DNA of 61,268 nucleotides, filler included, from Pirum gemmata (Eukaryota): NCBI GenBank assembly GCA_002812295.1. It is 11 parts of 11 records of this genome, joined end to end, with 100 filler letters (N's around TTAATTAATTAA, not from the genome) between each part and the next. Parts side by side here need not be neighbours in the genome. Positions count along the whole stretch, not along the records: positions 11,129 to 16,592 come from PDIN01000537.1; positions 16,693 to 22,148 come from PDIN01000538.1; positions 22,249 to 27,730 come from PDIN01000539.1; 8 more parts are not named here. One strand, 5' to 3'. Shown piece by piece: positions 12,710 to 23,988 of this stretch (position 1 is its first letter; each line of letters starts with the position of its first letter). The notes under the pieces were generated by a model. It saw only the letters and a program-made list of their open reading frames with translations, ran no database searches and was not told where the DNA came from. The position numbers and the translations under genes were made by a program.

Positions 12710-15700
12710 TTAATTAATAGGTAAAATAGCAGTAACCCCAGCGACAAAATTGTTAAACGCAGTTGAGTTGTCCATTTTGTTTACAATTAAATTTCTAGCA
12801 TGTTCACGACCTATTATAATATTTAAAAAACAAGATAAGTATAAATGAAAAAAAACTTAATAGAAAAAATGGTTTTTAATATTTATTGGAATTTTAGTTA
12901 GGTTAATATTTAAGGTTTAGTGATTTTGAGAAAATAAAAAGGAGTAGGGTTTAGAATTTGGAGTTGAAGGTTTAGGGTTTAACATCAGGGGTCACGATTT
13001 ACGGTTTTACGGTTTACAGTTAGGGTTAGGGTTTTGGTTACTATTACGCTTACGGTTACGGTTAGTTATGGTTACGGTTACGGTTAGTTATGGTTACGGT
13101 TACGGATACGGTTATGGTTAAGGTTATGGTTATGGTAACGGTTATGGTTATGGTATGGTTACGGATACGGTTTAGGGTTTAGGGTTTAGGGTTTAGGGTT
13201 TAGGGTTTAGGGTTTAGGGTTTAGGGTTTAGGGTTAGGATTCAGGATTTAGGGTTTAGGGTTTAGGGTTTAGGGTTAGGATTCAGGATTTAGGGTTTAGG
13301 GTTTAGGGTTGCTGGTTTAGGGTTTTAGGTTTGGGGTTTAGGGTTTAGGGTTTAGAGTTTAAAATTAAGGGTTTAAGATCGGGGGTCACGGTTTACAATT
13401 TACGGTTTACGGTTTACGGTTTATGGTTTACGGTTATGGTTACGGTTAGGGTTTTGGGTCCTATTACGGTTAAGGTTACGGTTACTGTTACGGTTACGGT
13501 TTCGGTTACGGTTACGATTACGGTTATGGTTACGGTTACGCTTGCGGTTATGGTTATGGTTACGCTTGCGGTTACGGTTACGGTTACGGTTACAGTTTAG
13601 GGTTGAGGATTTAGGATTTAGGGTTAGGATTCAGAATTTAGGGTTTAGGGTTTAGGGTTTAGGGTTGCTGGTATAGAGGTTTGGGGTTTAGGGTTTAGAG
13701 TTTAGAGTTAAGGGTTTGGGATTTTGGGTTTGGGGTTTGGGGTTTAGGGTTTGGGGTTTAGGGTTTAGGGTTTAGGGTTGTCAATGTCACAACCACAAAC
13801 ATAAAATATATAAAATGCCAATACCAATCTCTTAACATATATTAACATGGGTTAGAGTTAGTGTTGGGTTAGGGTTAGTGTACCTTGATCATCATCCTTG
13901 CGTTTATTCAATAAATATAAAAATTTCCATGGTGGTATTAACGTATACCCAGAAGTACCTAATAATTTTTCTAACCCGTCATCAGTATATAAGGCAAAAA
14001 AAGCTCTTGTTGCATCTGCCTCAAAATTAGACCTTATTTACAATATTTATATATAGGATTAGGATTAGGGTTAAAGTTAGAGTGAGGGATATACTCGGTT
14101 TAGGTTGAGGTTGAGGTTGAGATTGAGGTTGAGGTTGAGATTGAGGTTGAGGGGTATGGTTAAGATTATAGTTAAGGTTAGGTGAAGGTTAGTGGGTTAG
14201 GATTGGGATTAGGGGTAGGGGTAGGATAATGGTTAGGGATTAGAGTTAGACAGAATTATCTTTAAATTCAGGGTTGGTAGAATTTCTATCCTGAAAGAAA
14301 TCTTACCATTTTCTGCAATTTAAGCCATACTTTGGGGCAATAGTGTCACGTAGAATATTGTGTACTTTTCTTATACGTGCAGGGTAATATATAGGATTAA
14401 TTTTAAAAGTAGAATCAAGAGGAGCCTGTTTTCCCAAACTAGCACTTAAATCAATTAACGCTAAATAAAAAATAAAATTCAATAATAATTAACAAAAAAA
14501 ACCAATAATATAAATGTAAATGATTTTAGAATTGGATTAGGTTAGGGTTAGGGTTAGGCTACAAACTTAAAAAAAAATAAAAATATAATAAATAGAAAAA
14601 TCACTGTAAAGACAACAAACAAAAAATTAAAAATAGTATACTATATTTACATTTAAGTATCTAAAAAAATAATTAAAATTCAAAAATTTAAAAATTCAAA
14701 AAAAACCAACATAAATTCGAGTATATGAATTAAGTATATGAATTAAACTCTTGTAAAACAGATTTGATTAGGGGTTAAGGTTAGGGATTAAGATTTGGGG
14801 TTAGGGACCCTTCAGGGGTTAGGGGTTGATAGGGATAACTCAAAAAACCAAAAAAAAAAAAAAAAAAGACCTATATCTCCATCTGGTGCGAAAATTATAT
14901 TAGCATGGTGTCTATCAGTAATATCAAAAGCAGCTGTAGTAACAACAATAGCAATTAAAGAATTATAAAAATTCTCCCATTTTTCTTTTTCTCCAGCCAA
15001 TTCTGTAACTATATTTTCGGATTTTAAGTTTAACATAGTTTGTCCCGGAACAATTTCACCAAAGCCAGTCAAATCCGGGCAACTGACAACATCATACGTT
15101 CTAATAAAGGTACTCAATCCTATAATTGGATCATTAGGGTTAGGATTACAAAAGTAACAATCAATAGGGTAACATTTAGGGTTAGTTAGGTTTAGATTAC
15201 ACCACCATCTTTAAATTGAGGTTAATAAACAATTAATAAACAAATTGAATGCAATAACATACAACTTGCGTTAGAGTAGTGTTAAAGTTAAGTTAGTAAA
15301 ACAATCGAAAGACAATTACCTTCACGTTCCCAAATATCATTTGCTTTTTTCAATAAATTCATAACGGCAACATCCATACTTATATCATCATCTTGCTTGT
15401 ATATATAACGCTTAACTTCATCGTCCACGCTTGTCAACTCAACCATATGTGGCACCTTCCTTGAATTAAATCTGCGAAGGCAAGTGACTTAAAGCATATA
15501 AATAGTGTTAGAGTTAGGGTTAGTGTTAGGATTAGGTATAGAGTTAAGAGTAAGGATTAGGATTAGGATTAGGATTAGGATTAGGATTAGGATTATAGTT
15601 AGAGTTTAAGAGTTAGGTTTTAGAGTTAAAGTTAGGGTTAGGGTTAGAATTAGGGTTAGGGTTAGGGTTAGAGTTGGGATTAGGGGTAGTGTTAGGATTA

Positions 15701-16446
15701 TGGTTAGAGTTAGAGTAAGGGTTAGGGTTAGGGTTAGGGTTAAGAATAGAGTTAAGTTAAAGGTTATGGGTTAGGGTAGAGTTAGGCTAAGGATTAGGGT
15801 TATAATGCTAAGGTGCTTACTAATTGAGTTTAATTATATTAGTTGCATCACTAAACAGAATCAACATATTTAGAGTTAGGGTTTCGATTTGGATTTTTGG
15901 GTTTTGGCTTGAGTTAGGGTTAGGATAAGTCAAAAAAGTATTCAATATAAGCAATATGGTAAGCACTACAATTATTTATTCGCTATAGGGTTAAGGTTAA
16001 TGTTGAGTGTGAGTATTAGTGTCAAGCTTAGCATTTAAGTTTGGGTTAAGGGTAGGCTTTGGTTTAGGTCACAATGAATTCAAGCTAGGGTTTAATATCC
16101 GCTGTTTCGGGCTGATATTAGAGGTTAGTGTTAGGGTTAGGGTTAGGGTTAGGGTTAGTAAAAATAAGGAATAGAATTAGCAATATGGGTTAAAATACCC
16201 GATTTCAATTCTTTTGCATTAGCAAAACCAGGACATAGCAATTTAGTTTCACAATCAAAGGTTTTTGGTAATTCTTGTACATTTCGAAATTTCAAACTTT
16301 GTAGCCAGTTAGACAATTCCTCCCAATGATCTTGGTCGGTTTTTTCAGTTTCCTCTTTTTCGTCTCTAATTGATGCTTTCTGTGAATTTTTCTTTTCCCT
16401 CTGACTGTTGCTTGAGAAAGTACGGTTTCTGAAACTGCTGATAGCA
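12710..16446 (-). CDS. Divergent PI3/PI4-kinase family catalytic domain, 5' part lost at contig end; exons 16446-16199, 15487-15320, 15119-14871, 14460-14307, 14032-13884, 12810-12710
   Basis: The GT-AG introns are phase-compatible and the spliced frame stays open to TAA at 12710. Motifs: FNSRKVP (P-loop-like), YIYKQDDDISMD (cf. IFKxGDDLRQD), IWEREGL..TYDVVS..TGFGEIV, FDITDRHHAN (cf. LGIGDRHxxN), and LIDLS in place of IDFG. Confidence 0.85.
12885..13780 (+). repeat. Intronic array of telomere-variant repeats: (TTTAGGG)n, (GGTTAC)n, (GGTTAT)n
   Basis: Read directly; lies in the last intron of the PI3K-like gene. Confidence 0.9.
15505..16160 (+). repeat. Intronic degenerate (TTAGGG)/(TTAGGA)/(TTAGAG) repeats
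   Basis: Read directly. Other TTAGGG tracts occur at 16480-16590, 20108-20195, 43626-43685, 49245-49565 and 53100-53137. Confidence 0.9.
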
Positions 16447-18089
16447 CTAATATATTAGCGTTAGTGTTAGCGTTAAGGTTTTAGGGTTCGGTTAGGGTTA
16501 GGAGTTAAGGTTAGGGGTTAGGGTTAAGGGTCAGGGGTTAAGGGTAGGGGGTTAGGGGTTAGGGGTTAGGGGTTAGGGTCAGGTTGGGCTTGNNNNNNNN
16601 NNNNNNNNNNNNNNNNNNNNNNNNNNNNNNNNNNNNTTAATTAATTAANNNNNNNNNNNNNNNNNNNNNNNNNNNNNNNNNNNNNNNNNNNNTAATAATA
16701 TTAATAATAATTTATTTTTTAGGGGGAGTGATAGGGATTATAATAACACTATCGAGTAAAAGAAAACCGATTCAAAAAACCAGCGCTAGCACAACCACGA
16801 CACAAACCTGAAGTTGATTCTTGGAGAATAATTATATATAACTTCTCAGTTTTCAAAAAGTTAAAAAAAAACCAATTTCATTTGTATTCCCTTTTGTAAG
16901 GAAGGCCCTTTGAAGTTATTAATAAATCGTTCACACTTGTAGATAGAAGTCTACCTCTACAGAACGATTCAGACAACAAAATTATAATCCCATTTCTATG
17001 ATGCAAGTACACGACTTAATTATAAGTGTACGCATATGGTTTTGTCAAATTTACCCACTGTAATTATATGGAATGCATTTCATTAATATTTATCAGTATT
17101 AAATTAAACAGTACATGTCGCTCAATAACGCCAATAGAATCAATATTTCGAACAAATTCGTCTCCTCACTGTTATGTATAAAACAATTATACACCTCATC
17201 AGTTTTGAATTTAGCAAAATTATGAACTGACTTTTTTTTTAAAAAAACACATTATTATAATAATATATATTAATATCATTTTTATCTTTCTACATGTACA
17301 TATTTTTATGTCCTTTATTGTTACTACTATCTGCACCATCCCAGATACTGAAATTTAGAATCCAATATTAATATTAATAATGTCAACGGACTCGCGATCG
17401 CTTCAAAAACCAAGTTGTATTCATGATCAGTTTCAAGAAAGAGCTATATTAATACACATGTTAATGTCTTAATTAAAAGCTTCTCTCTTGAAAGTCATCT
17501 TACACATGACATTGTGTATTACTCTATCGTTCACTGTAGCTCGTCCTCGTCACGTAATTAATGAACGCTTCCAAAACAAGAACGAAGTGCCTAATCATGA
17601 GTGCTTCATAGCTTTATTCGTGCTTTATTCACTCAAGGGTTTAGACAGTGTTTAGACTATAACAATTTGATAAAAGTATAAAGGCTCGCTAAGTATACGT
17701 GCGTAATAAAAATAGTATAATATACGTAGGCTAATATTAATGTTAGTAGTAGCTAATTGTAAAATCTACTATGATATCATGATATTTATGTTACAGGTAT
17801 ATCGGTAGTAAACTTATCGGTAGTAGACTATCGATATATATTAATATTATTCTAAAGTGAACTCCTCGATCTGAAAACCTCAACTCGATACCCACTCGAT
17901 ACAATTAGAAAGAGAAACCGGACGTTTCTCAATATAAAGAAAACCCTCTAGCTAGTAGTAGTAGAAGAAAACCCTCCAGGAAAAGAGAAGGAAACCCCCC
18001 TAAGGAAAACCCTTTCTTCCTTTCTAATTTATATATAATATGTATGGAGAAGAATCGATGCAAAAAAACTACCGAAAAATTTTAAAAGT

Positions 18090-18700
18090 CATGTAATATT
18101 ATGGATATTACTCCGAAGAAAACCAACAAGACAATTAATGGACATCGAAGAAACAACCTTTTCAACGCCAATACTGCTCCAAAGAATTTCCACCAGAAGT
18201 CAAATGGATATTAACCCGAAAAAACCCAACAAGGCAATGGACATCGAAGAAACAAACTTTTCGATAGTTTTTCAATGCCAATACTGCTCCAAAGAATTTT
18301 CACCAGAAGTACTAGTCAAACTAAAATTTTTTGAATACAGACAAACTTGCGAAACTAGAATAGAATATTAATTTTTAATGGCTATCCCCACATCAAAAAA
18401 AATTTAAGTATCAATCCCAATATAGACCACAACTGCAATAACATCCATAACAACGACTATAACGCTATAATATTGGAACAAACGTTAAAATTAAAAAACA
18501 TTTACATATTAAAACAAACGAACAATACAATAATTGCTAATCATAGACTATGTATTGTGGTACTATTGTGGTGCTATTATGAAAAATGCAACAAGTCAAA
18601 CCCGAACGACAATCAAATTATTTTAAAACCTATACCAAATTTAAGTATTATGAAACAAATCAACAAATAGAACTATAAAATTAACCAGCTAACAACTGTA
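18090..18700 (+). repeat. Decayed dispersed repeat (possibly a non-LTR retrotransposon 3' remnant); inverted copy at ~35640-36180, fragments at ~19230-19330, 21420-21690, 39750-39870
   Basis: 18200-18370 matches the reverse complement of 36000-36155. AAGTATTATGAAACAAATCAACAAA is shared by several copies. Confidence 0.65.
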
Positions 18701-19451
18701 ACTTTTATAACGTATTGCTCCTCGTTTCTATAAGAAAAACACGACTTTCTAAAACCAATGTTAACTAGCCAAATTATTTTTAAAAACTAGCCATTTGTTC
18801 ATAATGGAGTTTTTTAGTTAGACGATTTCTCATAATAGAGTTTTTTAGTTAGACAATTTCTTATAATAGAGTTTTTTTAGTTAGACGATTTCTCAAACTT
18901 TGGCAGTACTTTCATTAAAATTGGATCATTTTGAGAATTTTGGATTTTTGAACATGTCGCCATTTTCTGTCGCCATTTTTACCAAAAAAAAAAAAGGAAA
19001 AAAAAAAAGCTAGACTATGATACCATTTATGGACTTTTAATAAATGGAACAAAAGTAAAAACAAAAGTAAAAAAACCAGGTAAAAAACCATTTCTACAAC
19101 AAAAGGGCAATTAATTATACAAGATTTAAAAAAATTTATCATATCTGATAATATGATTCTGATAAGACACTGATATGATAGACTATTATATAATTGGTAT
19201 CGATAAATATAATTATAAATGAAAAGTACTAGAGATGAAAAGTACAACAAGCCAAAACCAAAACATAATCGAATTATTAACTTATACCAAAGTATTATGA
19301 AACAAATCAACAAATTATTATACTATAATAGCTATGTAACAAAAAAATATGTGTTTTTTTAAACCAGTAAGTAAGTGGTATTAATAGGTCTCATGTTTAA
19401 ACACATAATGCGTGAACACCAAGGTTTACTTCATAATCAACAATTACAAGA

Positions 19452-19740
19452 ATATCCTTATGAGCGTATTTCAATATACCTTTCAATACAGTAGAAGGCA
19501 GTCTACTCTACCCTTACTAAACCACATTAACTAAGTATGGATAGGTACATGTAATTAATTAACATAATATATATATGATATTTTCTAAAAAATTAATATA
19601 TGATATGATACGGGTAATAATATCCTTATGAGCGTATTTCAATATACCTTTCAATACAGTAGAAAGGTAGTCCACCCTTACTAAACCACTAAACATGGAT
19701 AGGTACATGTAATTAATTAACATAATATATATGATATATC
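19452..19740. repeat. ~167-bp tandem duplication (others at ~26585-26750, 38240-38445, 45140-45355)
   Basis: AATATCCTTATGAGCGTATTTCAATATACC... begins at both 19452 and 19619. Confidence 0.9.
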
Positions 19741-21702
19741 AGATATGATATAATAAAAAAAATGATATTATCATGAATATCATGAATCATGATAATAATA
19801 GTATAATAATATATAATAATACTATTATATTATAATAATATCGATATGACAGTATTATGACATACCAGGTACGAGGGCTACTAGCAGTCTCAAGTTCTCA
19901 ACTCTCTACTACTTTAATTAAAGCCTACTAAGCTAGTCTAGCTAGCTATGATATAGCAGTTTATCCTAGCTAGCTAGCTAAGCAGTTTATCTAGCTAGCT
20001 GATAACATATCCAATAGACTATAGGATATTATTAATTAATATCATATCAGATATGATATCGATATATTATAGTATATACCCAGTAATCTAACTGTAGTCT
20101 AGCTAGCTAGGGTTAGGGTAATAGGGTTAGTTAGGGTTAGGGTTAGTTAGGGTTAGTTAGGGTTAGGGTTAGGGTTAGGGTTAGGGTTAGGGTTACTAGT
20201 AGCTACGATACCTACTAGCAAGACTCATCAAGACTCTCTGTAGTTGCGGAATTTACCTTGGTTGAAGTTTTGGAGTAGTTTTGGACTAGTTTTGGTTGAT
20301 ACTTTTTACATAATTCATAATTGGTGTAATTGAGGATATTTTGACTGTGTTTTGATAAAATATCCCAACTTTCCTACTTTTCTTTTTTAAAGAGGCTTAG
20401 TCTACTTTTTCAAAAAAAAAAAAGTGATCAAAAGGATAGAGACTGAGGATAGAGACTAGACTAGAGCTAGACTGGATAGTCTAGCTAGGTCTGTTTTGAG
20501 CTTCAATGACTAATCATAGGACCTACTAGCTAGCTACTACTAGCTAGACTTTAGTTAGCTCTGATAGTAGTAGTAGTCGAGCTATCATAGCTAATACTAG
20601 CTATGATAGTATCGATAGTAGTTATCGATATAATATCAATATTATAGCTATAGCTAGCTAGCTAGCTAGCTAGCTAAAGAGTAGTATCGATACTATCATA
20701 AATACCTGGTCATTTTGAAAACAAAACAAAACAAAACAAAAAACAGTAATCTAAGTGGTGTAGAGCTCTGCCCTAAGGCTATAGCAGTCCTAAACTCCTA
20801 GCTAGCTAGCTACTACTAGGTCCTAAACTAAACTATCATAAGCTAGCTTTTTTTTATTAAGCTAGCCTCCTATTTAGAAATAGTTTTTTTTTTTTTTTTT
20901 TTTTTTTTTTTATTTTTTTTTTTGGGGTTAATTTCCTAAATATTATTTTTTTTTTTTTTTGATTTTTTCCAGTTTTTTTCAAGGGAATGTAAAAGAGCAA
21001 ATTTAGTCATTTTCCACTTTTTCCACTCATTTTCCCTACTACTAGCACTCTACTAGCTCTGACTCAACAGAAGTTTCCTACAGTCTATCTACTACTACAG
21101 ACTCACACAGTGTGCCCGGTACTCACTCACTGTATCCTGATTATTATCGAGTGATATCTATGATAGTCTACTAGTCGAGTGATATTTAATATCAGATGCT
21201 ACAGTACCGGTAGTATTCTGCCGGTAGTTGTATGCTACTATCGCTACTATCGATATAATGCTTTTCAGTTATTTTGTCATCATAAAATATACAATAAACA
21301 GAACTAAATTAATACAATATAAATTTGGTATATTTTATTATCTATACATTTATTTTTAAAGTGTCAATATACCTTTAGAAGTATCATGCTCGATAGAAAT
21401 ATATAAAAAAAGAGAAATTAGGGTTACATTATTATAGTTGTAATTTGTTGATTTGTTTCAATTGTCGTTCGGTTTTAACTTGTTGTACTTTTCATAATAA
21501 TGCCATAATATATAGTCAAAAAATTGTATGATATATTTCTTTTGTTGTAGAAATATTGGTTTTTAAAACCTTTGTTCCTAATAATGTTATAGCCTTATCT
21601 ATATAGACTATGATACTATAATAGCTAGCTAGCTAGCTAGTCGCTGTTATTACAGTTATTACGATGTTGTTGGAGTTGTCGTCTAAGACTCGTAATACTT
21701 GT

Positions 21703-21756
21703 GTCTATGCAAGGACTTCAAAAAAGAGGTTCTTTTTTTGAAGTCCTTGGTCTATG
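21703..21756. mobile_element. P-element-like micro-element or excision footprint: 40-bp hairpin between 7-bp direct repeats
   Basis: GTCTATG|CAAGGACTTCAAAAAAGAGGTTCTTTTTTTGAAGTCCTTG|GTCTATG, with a 16-bp perfect inverted repeat. Confidence 0.75.
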
Positions 21757-21759
21757 TAA

Positions 21760-21882
21760 AAAATCTGAAGATGGAAAAATCTGAAGATGGAATTGAATCT
21801 AGAAGGGTATTTTTGTCAACTAAGGCATCTAGATTGGTATTTTTAGACTTTAATACCATCGTTTGAATCGATATTTTTTTTG
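21760..21882. repeat. Dispersed repeat; inverted homologue at 28318-28438
   Basis: TCTAGAAGGGTATTTTTG.CAACT.AG.CATCTAGATTGGTATTTTTAGACTTTAA is shared in opposite orientation. Confidence 0.8.
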
Positions 21883-23932
21883 TCATAATATTATATGATA
21901 TATTATTATTTATTATGATATCAATAGTCTATTTTTCCCTAGCTAGCTATCATATGGATAGCTACTATCTTTTGATATCTATATAAATGCTTTTAAGACA
22001 ACTGGCATTCTTATTTTCTATAAATAAGAATGCCAGTTGTCTTAAAAGCATTTATATATATTATGATAGTCTAGTTTGCAAAATTTTCCTTCCAAACGTT
22101 GTTTCTTTTCTTTTCTTTCCTTTTTTTTTTTTTTTTTTTTTTTTTTTTNNNNNNNNNNNNNNNNNNNNNNNNNNNNNNNNNNNNNNNNNNNNTTAATTAA
22201 TTAANNNNNNNNNNNNNNNNNNNNNNNNNNNNNNNNNNNNNNNNNNNNAGAAGAAAAAAAAACTAACAAGAACCAATCAGCTATCAATAGACATGCAACA
22301 AAAAAAAAGAAAAAGGGAAAGGAAAAAACAAAAATAATTACGTAATATCTCGAGACTTTAGAAAATCTCAAACAGTTTCTCAAACCTATTTGAGTTGCTA
22401 TGTAATTTGAAAAATATTCGAACTTAAAAAATCTATATTAAACAGGCAAGCGGAAAATTCGCAGATTGACTAGATTTTATTGAGATTTTATTGATAATAA
22501 AATAAATTTGTTTTTACAATAGTAGTAACTTAGTAAGTGCTAGCTAGACTATCATAACAACAAATCTACCTACTTGATACTCTGCTGGAATAGTAGTTCT
22601 ACTGATACTGATTGAGGCTGTAGAGTTCTTGTAGTGCTCTTGTAGTCTATGGTTTGGAGCATGAGCTATATATAAAAATATGATATATATCTTGATATTA
22701 TTATATATAGACTGGGGCTGTAGAGTGTAGACTGGGGTGGGAGTCCGTGGGACCCTACTACTACTTCAAAAGTAGCCTCCTTAAAAAGTGGTCTATCGTG
22801 TCGTAGACTATATTTTGGACTTTTATACAAGGACTTTTGAAGTCCTTCCTTGACTATAATATATCATAAATAATTATTATTTGATATAGACTATTATTAT
22901 AATAAATAAATAAATGAGACCTATCATAGCTAGACTACCACATCCTTACTTACTACGCTGTTGTCTATCATCTGTGGAGTCGTGTAGACTCTATCGATAG
23001 CTACTAGCTAGTACTACTAGCTAGTAGCTATCGATAGCTAGCTAGTTTATGATATTAGAGCTATGATACATCTGAGAGCTACATCGAATCTCTGCCAAAC
23101 TTCTACTGGTGGACCCAGATTATATGTATTGTTTGTTGTGCGAAGGTGCGAAGTTGCGAACAGGGTGGAAGCGTATCATAGTAAAAAAAAAAAAAAATGA
23201 TAATATCATAATAGTCTACTAGCTAGAGAGCTACTACTAGCTAGCTAGCTAGACGGTAGGGGGGTGACTCCATCCAGGTCTTTTTGCCGTAGTCCAACAT
23301 AGTTCCGACATCGCATCGATAGTAGACTATTAGTAGTGTATCGACTCTCGACTCTCAAGTGTATCGATATGATATCATAGTTCTAATATGATAGTTCTAA
23401 TGATTATTAATAGCATGATTATAAAAACTAGCTATGATAGTTAGCTAGGTCTATAGTTTGGACTATTTATCTCATGTTTTTCAATAGTGGTGTACTAGCT
23501 AGTGGTGTCCAGTTCAAAAACTGAAATAAACATACCAAATTATTATTATGGTTAAACTATCAGACAGACATGTATAAACAAGATCAATTATACACTTAAA
23601 CAGTACCAAATTAAGGAGGATAACTAATGAAATAGACGACATTATCATATATTTATAGAAACACTATAGTTTATATCAGATAAACACTTTATTATAAACT
23701 ACCGGTATCATAGTAGTAAACAGTTAGTAAACTATGATATCTATACTCTAGTAGGGGGTCTATAACTAAATAAATGCCTGAAGCTACGTATACAGTAGCT
23801 AGTAGCAGTTTACAGCTAGATAGAGATTTCTTATTCTTGCATGTTCTTGTTCTTGTTCTTGTTCTTGTTCTTGGTTTTGTTATTATTGTTATTGTTATTG
23901 TTATTATTGTTGATATATTGTTATTGTTATTA

Positions 23933-23988
<56 letters not shown>

